Shown here one piece after another: positions 56,881 to 64,000 of a stretch of 64,000 nucleotides of DNA; the first letter of the stretch is position 1, and each line of letters opens with the position of its first letter. The translations under genes were made by a program, and so were the position numbers. The stretch is from Gemmatimonadales bacterium. Lineage in GTDB: Bacteria > Gemmatimonadota > Gemmatimonadetes > Gemmatimonadales > GWC2-71-9. The notes under the pieces are model-generated. The model did no database searches and had not been told where the DNA came from. It saw only the letters and a list, made by a program, of their open reading frames with translations. The stretch lies in assembly GCA_036002655.1 (NCBI GenBank), contig DASYTD010000107.1, positions 726-64,725 of the forward strand, written 5' to 3'.

Positions 56881-58145
56881 CGGGTCAACGCCAGGGAGGG
56901 GCGTGAGGCCCGGGACGCGGAACGACGCTTCGCCCGCAAGATCGCGGCGAGCCGGACGCCGTTCTGCCACATGTCGTAGTGCTCATCCACGCGCCGGCGT
57001 GCGCGAACCGCGATCGCGCGGCGCTCGTCCGGATCCATGAGGAGCCGATTCAGAGCGGCAGCGAGTGCGCCGACGTCCTGCGGCCGCACCAGGACCCCGC
57101 ACCCGTCCCGCAACGCATCGGGGATGCCGGCCACGCGTGACGCCACGACCGGCGCACCGAGCGCCATGGCTTCACGCAGCACATTGGGTAGGCCGTCCCC
57201 CAGGCCGTCCGAGGGATGCACGAGCAGCGTGGCCCGTTGCATCGCGTCGCGCACACCGTTGAAGGGCTGCCAGCCGCGGAACTCGACACGCTGGGCGATG
57301 CCGAGATCGGCGGCGAGCCGTTCCAGCGCAGCGCGTTCGTCTCCATCGCCGATGATCTCGACCCGGACATCGGTGCCGCGCGCGATCAGGACGTGCGCCG
57401 CGCGAATCAGGTAGTCAAAGCCCTTGCGCTGCGACAACGCCCCGACGCCGAGCAGGCGATTCGTGTCACGCCCGTCGAGGCGATGGGGAAACTCGGCGAG
57501 ATTCAGGCCGTGATGGGAGACGTGGAGTTTCTTCGCGAGGCGCGGTACGCCGGCGAACTGTTTCAGGATGTACGCCTGATTGAATTCGCAGCACGTGATC
57601 ACGTTGTCGGCGTAGCGGAGCTTCTCCTCCATGAACACCGGAGCGCGATAGAGATCCGTTCCCGCGTGGAGCCAGATGGAAAACGGCGCGCGCGGCGCCG
57701 CCAGCCGATGAAACGCGTACGCGCAGGTGCCCGCGTAATTCCCCCAATAGCCGAGCACGTGGTCGTAGCGGACGCCGGAGCTTGCCGCTTGCGCCGCCCA
57801 TGCCCACGCCTTGGGAAGCGCGTATGCCGTCATGGCGAGACGCACGGGGCCGTAGCGCGCGGCCGACCGCAGCGTCGCCCAGGCGTCGGACAGCGCGGTT
57901 CGGAACCGGCGCAAGACCGGAACGGCGCTGCGCAGCGCCGAGCCGATCGTCAGGTGGTGCACCCGCTCGCGCGGCAGCTGCGCGGGACTGAGCAGCTCGA
58001 GCGCGTGCTGCCAGGCGCTCTCCTCCAGCGGAGAGATCGCGAACACGTCGATCTCGATCCCTGTTTCGAGCAGGGCACGCATGTCCCGCTCGAAGAAAGT
58101 CGCGATCCGCGCCGGGTATTTGCTCGTGAAGACCGCCAGTCTCAT
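56877..58145 (-). CDS. GT4 glycosyltransferase (WcaL-like), copy 2, without a C-terminal extension
   Basis: MRLAVFTSKYPARIATFFERDMRAL N-terminus and GT1 motif LLVHPSDGLGDGLPNVLREAMALGAPVV. ATG 58145 was chosen within a longer ORF. Confidence 0.85.
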   Translation of the reverse strand: MRLAVFTSKYPARIATFFERDMRALLETGIEIDVFAISPLEESAWQHALELLSPAQLPRERVHHLTIGSALRSAVPVLRRFRTALSDAWATLRSAARYGPVRLAMTAYALPKAWAWAAQAASSGVRYDHVLGYWGNYAGTCAYAFHRLAAPRAPFSIWLHAGTDLYRAPVFMEEKLRYADNVITCCEFNQAYILKQFAGVPRLAKKLHVSHHGLNLAEFPHRLDGRDTNRLLGVGALSQRKGFDYLIRAAHVLIARGTDVRVEIIGDGDERAALERLAADLGIAQRVEFRGWQPFNGVRDAMQRATLLVHPSDGLGDGLPNVLREAMALGAPVVASRVAGIPDALRDGCGVLVRPQDVGALAAALNRLLMDPDERRAIAVRARRRVDEHYDMWQNGVRLAAILRAKRRSASRASRPSLALTR

Positions 58146-58167
58146 CCGGGCTCCCCCTCCCCCTCCA

Positions 58168-60141
58168 TCACCAGGACAACTCGTAATCCCGCATCCACAA
58201 CTCCAGCGCCAGCAGCGTGAACACACGCTGATACAGGCCCGTGTGGCTGATTTCACCGCCTTCTCGTCCGGACGAGGCGCGGAAGCGAGTGACCCAGTCG
58301 CGAATCAACGCGCGATTCAGGAACCACCCGACGCGCGCATCGCCACCCAGAAGCAGGTCATCGCATGCGGTGGCGATCGCGGACGTCGCCAACAAATCGG
58401 GAGGAACGGCGAAGCCGTGCTTCGGGTGCCGGGCCACGCTGCGCGGCAGCCACTGCTGCGCCACGGCACGGAGGACCAGCTTGCCCTGCCGTCCGTTCGT
58501 CTTCAGCCGGTGCGGCAGCGTCAGGCCGACGTCCACGACCTCTTCATCGAGGAACGGCACCCGCACCTCGATGCCCGCGCGCATGCTCATCATGTCCACC
58601 TTGCGCAGCATGTCGGACGGCAGCCCCACCGCAAACACCTTGTCGGTCATGCGGCGCGACAGCTCCTCGAGGTCCTCCACACCCGCGGGACGAAAGCCGT
58701 CGAAGTGGCGATAGACCGGCAGGATCTGTTGGGCCGCCGCCGGCAGCAGCAACTCCGCTTTCTGGTCTTCCGCCAGATAGTTCGACAGCCCCGCGAGCAG
58801 CACCGACGAGTCGGCGCGGCCGGCTTCGGCCAGGACTGTCGCCTTCGCCAGGTGCCGTCCGAGATCGCGCGTCCACGGCGTCAGCGCCGATCCGGCGGAG
58901 TGCACCGCGGTGCGCGCCCACGCCGGCAAGCGCATCAGCTGCATCAGCCGATTCGCGCGCCAGAAGCGGTGGTAGCCGCCGAATGCCTCGTCGCCGCCGT
59001 CCCCCGAGAGCGCGCAAATGATGCCCTGCTCGCGAATGGCGCGAGACACCCAGTACATCGGGATGCAGCTCGTGTCCGCAAACGGCTGGTCGAAGTGCCG
59101 CAGGATGCCGATGACCGTGTCCGGGGTCAGCGACCAATCGCGTGGCTCGATGACGTGATGCTGCGTCCCGAAATGACGAGCGACGGCAAGAGCCAGCGGC
59201 GTCTCGTCGGCACCGGGGATGGGGAATCGCACATTGAATGTCGTCGCGTTGCGCCGCTCGGACGTTCCATCCGTCGTCCAGCTGTGGGCGGCTACGACGA
59301 GCGACGAGTCGATGCCGCCCGAGAGCAGCCCCGCGACCGGCACGTCGGCTTCCGACTGGCTGCGTACGGCGCCGATCAGCTTCTTGCCCGCCTGGTCCGC
59401 CGCCGCGTCGAGCGTGCGCGTTGCATCGGGGCGCGCCGCGACCCGGTGGTAGGTCTGCATGCGACTGCCGCCGTCGCCGGCGATCAGCAGCGTTCCCGCG
59501 GGCAGCGCCTGGATCTCGGTGAAACCGGTGGCCGGCTCGGGGACGTATCCGAGCCCGAGAAAATCGCAGCAGGCCTGCCGGTCGAGCGTCGGCCGAAAGT
59601 GGGGCAGGGCGGTGATCGCCTTGATCTCGCTCGCGAACACCAGCTGTCCCTCGCGCGTCGCGTAGAACAGGGGCTTGACGCCGAAGCGATCGCGCGCGAG
59701 CAGCAAGCGGCGCCCCCCCCGCCCCCCACGCCCCCCCCGCCCCCCCCGGCGGGCATCGTAGATCGCGAACGCGAAGATGCCGCGCAGGTGCTCGACGAGA
59801 CGCTCACCGCGCTCCTCGTAGAGATGAACGAGCACTTCCGTGTCGCTGCGCGAACGGAAGACGTGGCCGCGCGCGGCCAGCAGGTCGCGCAGATCGTGGT
59901 GGTTGTAGATCTCGCCGTTGAACACGACCCAGATGTCCCCGGTCTCGTTCGCCAGCGGCTGCGCGCCGGCGGGCGAGAGGTCGATCAGCGCCAGCCGGCG
60001 ATGCACCAGCTCGCACTGATCGTCTACCCAGTGCCCGGCACCGTCAGGGCCACGGTGCGCGAGCAGGTGATCAGCGCGAGCGTGCCATCCCGGGGCAGGG
60101 GGCAACCGGTTGGCGTGAAACCGTCCGGCGATACCGCACAT
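58168..60141 (-). CDS. asnB: Asparagine synthase (glutamine-hydrolysing) family amidotransferase
   Basis: The MCGIAG N-terminal nucleophile follows Met 60141. Also has the GATase-II region (VFNGEIYNHHDLR) and the PP-loop SGGIDSS. Length 657 aa. Confidence 0.9.
   Translation of the reverse strand: MCGIAGRFHANRLPPAPGWHARADHLLAHRGPDGAGHWVDDQCELVHRRLALIDLSPAGAQPLANETGDIWVVFNGEIYNHHDLRDLLAARGHVFRSRSDTEVLVHLYEERGERLVEHLRGIFAFAIYDARRGGRGGRGGRGGRRLLLARDRFGVKPLFYATREGQLVFASEIKAITALPHFRPTLDRQACCDFLGLGYVPEPATGFTEIQALPAGTLLIAGDGGSRMQTYHRVAARPDATRTLDAAADQAGKKLIGAVRSQSEADVPVAGLLSGGIDSSLVVAAHSWTTDGTSERRNATTFNVRFPIPGADETPLALAVARHFGTQHHVIEPRDWSLTPDTVIGILRHFDQPFADTSCIPMYWVSRAIREQGIICALSGDGGDEAFGGYHRFWRANRLMQLMRLPAWARTAVHSAGSALTPWTRDLGRHLAKATVLAEAGRADSSVLLAGLSNYLAEDQKAELLLPAAAQQILPVYRHFDGFRPAGVEDLEELSRRMTDKVFAVGLPSDMLRKVDMMSMRAGIEVRVPFLDEEVVDVGLTLPHRLKTNGRQGKLVLRAVAQQWLPRSVARHPKHGFAVPPDLLATSAIATACDDLLLGGDARVGWFLNRALIRDWVTRFRASSGREGGEISHTGLYQRVFTLLALELWMRDYELSW
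59712..59748. repeat. Four tandem GGR/RGG-encoding units made of C8/C6/C8/C8 homopolymer runs (+ strand) inside asnB
   Basis: The + strand reads GCCCCCCCC GCCCCCC ACG CCCCCCCC G CCCCCCCC GG. This encodes RRGGRGGRGGRGGRR between the conserved FAIYD and LLARDRFG motifs. Confidence 0.9.
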
Positions 60142-61718
60142 CAGCCTGTATGACGCAATCCGGCGACCATGGTTCGCACGCGTCCGATGATGACCCGCCG
60201 GTCGCCTGGGGTCGGGCCAAAAAAGAGCGTCACCGCGGCAAAGCAGGCGAAGCTCAACGCCACTCCGCCGATCCACACCGGCCAGCTCGGCGCGACAATC
60301 GTGCGCCCGGCGATGTTAGCCGCCGCGAACAGGAGAGCGGTCATGAGCGCCATGCGAATGGCAGCGAGCCGTTCGGCCATGTTCTGTTTCGGTTTCTGGA
60401 GGCAGGAGTGGACGATCAAGGGATACGAGACCGATTGGATCGCGCGGCCTGCGAGCAGGCCGAGGCAGATTCCTGCGATGCCCAAGGCATGGGTGAGCAA
60501 AATGCCCAGGGCGAGAGTGGCGACGACGGTGACCGCGCCGAACAGCACCCGCGCGCGCGGGCGAAGTGCGGCATCAATGATGTAGGAGTCGGTGCGAATG
60601 AAAGCGGTTTGCAGAACGACGCAGACGATGAGCAGGTCCACCCAGGGCCCTGCGTAATTTCGCGAGCCAACCCAGAGGTGCAAGAACGAGTGGTTCCACA
60701 CGAGGATCGTGGCGCCGATGACCGTCGTGAACAGCCACGTGAGCATGCGCAGCTCGTGACGGATCTTCACGGCGCTGGCGAATTTTCTCTCGCCCAGCAC
60801 CCCGCCCAGGCCCGGCATGGCGGCGCCGGCCGTAAACACAAAAACCCCAAGCCCCGTGCGCGCGGCATAGCCCGTCAGGACGTAGGTCGTGACCGCCGCG
60901 GGAGAGATGATCCATCCGAGAATGAGCACGTCGCTCGCCAGCAGCAGCTTGGCGACGAGGTCGCCGGCCGAGAGCCAGACGCTCATGCCGAAGAGGCTCT
61001 TGATGGCGTCGCGGGTCGGTTTCCCAACACGGAACCACGGGACGTACTTGCGAACCAGCACCCAGAACACGACGCCGGTGATGAACGCGCGCGCGATCTG
61101 CGAGGCGCCCATGCCCGGCAACCCAAAGCCCGCTTTCACGACCCACGCGGCGAGGGCACCCACGATGATGCTGAGGGCGGCCTGCAGCCCCATGCGCTTG
61201 TAACCGAGGTTCATGCCGCGGAGCACGGACTCGGGGACCGCGGCGAGGCCGGTGAAGATGAAGCTCACGACCAGTAGCGCGCAGGTGAGGCGCACCGCGG
61301 TGCGGCTGGCTTCCGGTGCGTGTGTGATGGACGGTGCGAGCCACGCGAGCGCGCCGCCTACGACGGCCACCAGGGGCAGCATCAGGATCCAGACGGCCAG
61401 CGCGGCGCCTACACTGCGGCGCTTTACGGCATCATCGGCTCCCTGCTGCTGCGCGATCACCAGCCGCAGTGCCTCGGTCGGCCGGCCATCGGCGGCAGCC
61501 ATGTACCCGATCAGGCGCCCCAGCATTTCCCACATGCCGTAGAGCGAGCGTCCCAACCCGCCCACGAGAATGGGCGTGATGATGAGTTGCACGATCGCCT
61601 TCACGCTGTAGTCGAGCAGCGAGGCGACCGCCGTCAATGAGGCACGGCGCGTCAGCGTGGCTGGGCGGCGTACTGGCTCAGCGGCAAGGGGAGCGGCGAA
61701 GCCGGCGTCAGTGCCCAT
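60141..61718 (-). CDS. Polysaccharide/oligosaccharide flippase (MOP superfamily, Wzx-like)
   Basis: 525-aa protein with about 12-14 TM segments. The N-terminal pattern (LLDYSVKAIVQLIITPILVGGLGRSLYGMW) is typical of polysaccharide biosynthesis (Wzx/MATE-like) proteins. Confidence 0.78.
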   Translation of the reverse strand: MGTDAGFAAPLAAEPVRRPATLTRRASLTAVASLLDYSVKAIVQLIITPILVGGLGRSLYGMWEMLGRLIGYMAAADGRPTEALRLVIAQQQGADDAVKRRSVGAALAVWILMLPLVAVVGGALAWLAPSITHAPEASRTAVRLTCALLVVSFIFTGLAAVPESVLRGMNLGYKRMGLQAALSIIVGALAAWVVKAGFGLPGMGASQIARAFITGVVFWVLVRKYVPWFRVGKPTRDAIKSLFGMSVWLSAGDLVAKLLLASDVLILGWIISPAAVTTYVLTGYAARTGLGVFVFTAGAAMPGLGGVLGERKFASAVKIRHELRMLTWLFTTVIGATILVWNHSFLHLWVGSRNYAGPWVDLLIVCVVLQTAFIRTDSYIIDAALRPRARVLFGAVTVVATLALGILLTHALGIAGICLGLLAGRAIQSVSYPLIVHSCLQKPKQNMAERLAAIRMALMTALLFAAANIAGRTIVAPSWPVWIGGVALSFACFAAVTLFFGPTPGDRRVIIGRVRTMVAGLRHTG

Positions 61719-62382
61719 TGCGGCGCTTCGTCAGCCTGGCCATCAGGCGCGCGGTGTTTTCGTCAACAGGGTCGGACTCGGTGCTCAACGTGTCCACCAC
61801 GACGTGGCCGGCCTGCGAGAGCTCGCCGATGGCTCGCTCGAACGCGCGCCGGAATCCCGCCGCGAAGCCGAGGATCTCGGCATCGGGCAGGTGTTTCACC
61901 ATGTGGGGTTTCTCGCGCTCGCGAATCCGGTTGGCCAGCGTGATGTCCGATGCATCGATGAACACGACGACGTCGAGCAGCGTCGCCCATTCGGCGATGA
62001 CGCGGCGGCGCCAGGATGCGGGAACGTGATCTCCCTTGCGGGAGAAAAACACTTCGAGCCAGCTCAAGGCGAACACCGGTCCTTCGTCCAGGATGATGAC
62101 GCGGTGCCGAACGGCCTCGGCCTCCACGACGCGGCGCAGCGCGCCGAGCCGGACCATTTGGGCGATTTCGCCCGCGCTGAGCGGCGAGCGATTGATTCCC
62201 GCGCCGAGAATGGTCGGCAACAGCGCGATGGCGCTTTGCATCAGCCGGCGCCGCGGTAGTCCCCACAAGCTCAAGCCCGACCGCACCGTGGAGTCCGCCG
62301 CACTGACCCCCTGGGCAAGCGTGGTCTTCCCCGCGCCGGCCGGTCCGACCAGCTCCACAACGACGGCTCTGGCTCTGCTCAC
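61708..62382 (-). CDS. Uncharacterised P-loop NTPase/kinase-like protein, copy 2
   Basis: Walker A GPAGAGKTT and VIILDEGPVF. It is a paralog of 54741-55475. GTG 62382 overlaps the upstream stop (GTGA). Confidence 0.6.
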   Translation of the reverse strand: MSRARAVVVELVGPAGAGKTTLAQGVSAADSTVRSGLSLWGLPRRRLMQSAIALLPTILGAGINRSPLSAGEIAQMVRLGALRRVVEAEAVRHRVIILDEGPVFALSWLEVFFSRKGDHVPASWRRRVIAEWATLLDVVVFIDASDITLANRIREREKPHMVKHLPDAEILGFAAGFRRAFERAIGELSQAGHVVVDTLSTESDPVDENTARLMARLTKRRNGH

Positions 62383-63827
62383 AGCGTGCTCCAGAGCTCC
62401 GCTTTGAGCGAGGCGACGACCTGTGGCAACGGCTGCGCGGCATCCACGATGCGCGCCCCGCTACGGCTCCAATCGGTCTCGGCAGTCAGACGGGCGCGCT
62501 CGCGGACGTAATCCGCCGGCTCCGTCGGCTTGCGGCTGACGGCGGTCTCCGCATCGAGGCGCAGCAAGAAGACGACATCGGGCGCGGCCATGCGCTCGTA
62601 GAACCGCCGCTCCCATTTCCGCAGAGCGGTTGCGAACCCGGATTGCGCGCCGAGGGCGTGGCCCTGGACTTCGCTCGGGCCGGCCAGCGCCCAACTCTCG
62701 GGAAGCGGGTAGCGCTCACAGATGGCGATGCCACCGCCGGTAGCGAAGCGGTGAGCGCGGCGATACAGCGCGTACCGGTCGCGCGCGGTACATCCGCACC
62801 GCAGCAGCTCCAAGTGCGCGATCGTGTTGGACGAGGCACCGAGGCGCCGCAGCAGCTGCAGCGCGCCGCCGACGACGAGCGTCGCCAGGCTGCGCGTGGG
62901 GCGGCCGAGATGGAGGTGCAACGTGGCGATCGATGACTCGAGCCAGGCTTCGAGTGCGTCGGCACACGTGGATTTGCCCGAGCCGTCTCCGCCGAGCAGC
63001 GCGACCACCGAGCCGCCGCTGGCGAGCCGCTGGCCGGTGGGGCGAATGCGACGCCAGATCCGCTCCGCCACGCCGAACACCGCCGGCCGGCTCGCGTGCG
63101 CGGACAAGGCGCGGGCCAGCGCGATCCGGATGGCGACCCGGCGCCATGCGGGGCAGCCGGACTGGAGCGAGGCGCGGCACTTCGAGAACAGCGACAGGCT
63201 GACCTCGGGCAGATGCCGGCGCAGCGCCGCGTCGACGTGCTCGGGAGCGGCCTGCTCCTCGAGCCGATCGATCTCGTTCAACGCGCCGTCGAGCCAGCGC
63301 GGCGATGTCCGGCGCAGCGAGTCGCGCAGCATGTGGCGCAACGACAGCCGCAGAATGGCGACGATCAGTTCGAGCTCCGGAGCCGCTGTTTTGAATACCG
63401 CGGCGGTGCCGCCCCTCGATTGCGAGGATTCGAGCAGCGCCCGCTCCAGCGGCAACCGATAATGCGTCCGCCACGGCAAGCCGATCACGAGCCGCTGATA
63501 GACATGCAGATGGATCAGCTGGCCGGTGCGTTCGTCGAGACCGAAGCAGTGCACGATCCCGGCCGCTTCTCGACCGGACGGCGGCAGCGCCAGCTTGAAG
63601 CCCAAACCCGCGACCGCAGCGGCGAAGTCGGACCATGACCCGCTCTCGACGAGCAGGTCGATGTCGCCGCGGCCGCTCTCCCAGCGCTCGCGTTTGCCGT
63701 GGCCCTTCCACTGACAGTAGGAGACGCCACGGTTCGCCAGTGCCGCGCCGAGCCGCGCGACCAACGGCGCCGGCATCGTCGCACCGGGGCGGGGCGGTGT
63801 GGCGGTCGGCAGCATGCTCAATGACAC
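62379..63827 (-). CDS. Two-domain protein: nucleotidyltransferase-like (NTP_transf_5-like) N-domain plus a P-loop kinase-like C-domain
   Basis: The N-domain has the GRGDIDLLVE motif I associate with the uncharacterised nucleotidyltransferase family. The C-domain has Walker A GGDGSGKST and a thymidylate-kinase-like layout. The start is GTG 63827 or ATG 63815. Confidence 0.6.
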   Translation of the reverse strand: MSLSMLPTATPPRPGATMPAPLVARLGAALANRGVSYCQWKGHGKRERWESGRGDIDLLVESGSWSDFAAAVAGLGFKLALPPSGREAAGIVHCFGLDERTGQLIHLHVYQRLVIGLPWRTHYRLPLERALLESSQSRGGTAAVFKTAAPELELIVAILRLSLRHMLRDSLRRTSPRWLDGALNEIDRLEEQAAPEHVDAALRRHLPEVSLSLFSKCRASLQSGCPAWRRVAIRIALARALSAHASRPAVFGVAERIWRRIRPTGQRLASGGSVVALLGGDGSGKSTCADALEAWLESSIATLHLHLGRPTRSLATLVVGGALQLLRRLGASSNTIAHLELLRCGCTARDRYALYRRAHRFATGGGIAICERYPLPESWALAGPSEVQGHALGAQSGFATALRKWERRFYERMAAPDVVFLLRLDAETAVSRKPTEPADYVRERARLTAETDWSRSGARIVDAAQPLPQVVASLKAELWSTL

Positions 63828-64000
63828 GACCCGGACCCCGAGTCGCTGAACGAGGCACCGGCGATCGGTACGAACGCCCAGTCGTAGCTACCGGCCTTCA
63901 GGGTCAGCTTCAGGACGCCAAACGTGTCGCCGCGGCTTTCGCTGTTCGGGTGAATCGCGACGGTGGGCATCAGCGTGCTCTCACCGCCCACCCCAACAGT
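63818..64000 (-). CDS. C-terminal 60 aa of a second metallophosphoesterase (paralog of 41390-42784), 5' part outside the window
   Basis: My translation is TVGVGGESTLMPTVAIHPNSESRGDTFGVLKLTLKAGSYDWAFVPIAGASFSDSGSGSCH*. This matches ...GVLKLTLYPDRYDWKFVPVAGSSFTDSGSASCH* of the first gene. Confidence 0.7.
   Translation of the reverse strand, partial: TVGVGGESTLMPTVAIHPNSESRGDTFGVLKLTLKAGSYDWAFVPIAGASFSDSGSGSCH

Noticed and set aside
58168-63827. Lasso-peptide (RiPP) cluster hypothesis, based on an Asn-synthase homolog next to nucleotidyltransferase-like and kinase-like genes.
   Set aside because: There is no candidate precursor peptide ORF, no transglutaminase-like leader protease and no PqqD-like RRE. 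The AsnB homolog retains the MCGIAG glutaminase nucleophile and is embedded among GT, Wzx and Wzy genes. A polysaccharide role is therefore far more likely.

Overview
GC-rich bacterial chromosomal segment. The gene content (tolQ-tolR-tolA-tolB-pal-ybgF, LptD-like protein, twin TatA, many TPR and low-complexity proteins) indicates a Gram-negative organism. A Gemmatimonadota-like origin is only my guess.

Positions 1 to about 42.8 kb are tightly packed housekeeping genes, nearly all on the + strand:
- uvrB (5' partial), tsaE-tsaB-rimI, ssb with a clear sigma70-type promoter, and a LysM protein
- hemX-like/hemA, galE, and the complete Tol-Pal cluster
- a giant ORF joining TatC in frame to an LptD/OstA-like outer-membrane protein
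- an FN3-like lipoprotein, hutH-hutU-hutI, two TPR/low-complexity proteins, a polyprenyl synthase, a DUF4321-like gene, two tandem tatA genes and a PpiD-like chaperone (-)
- aroQ-pepP-accB-pilT-accC-comB-like-ftsK
- an RsbW-like kinase coupled to a sigma54 activator, another TPR protein, and an Ig-like metallophosphoesterase (-)

At about 42.85 kb there is an aberrant tRNA-Gly-like element.

From 43 to 64 kb lies an accessory polysaccharide-biosynthesis island, and this is where I would look for the undescribed system. It holds:
- GT4 and GT2 glycosyltransferases, a deacetylase, Wzx- and Wzy-like genes and an AsnB-like amidotransferase
- two PaaK/F390-synthetase-like adenylating ligases
- two secreted beta-helix proteins
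- uncharacterised P-loop and nucleotidyltransferase-like proteins

The island contains an internal segmental duplication of a [P-loop]-[membrane gene]-[GT4]-[ligase] cassette. It is bracketed by two paralogous metallophosphoesterase genes.

No rRNA, CRISPR array, transposase or integrase was recognised. Many long antisense ORFs in the track are GC-driven shadow ORFs and were discarded.
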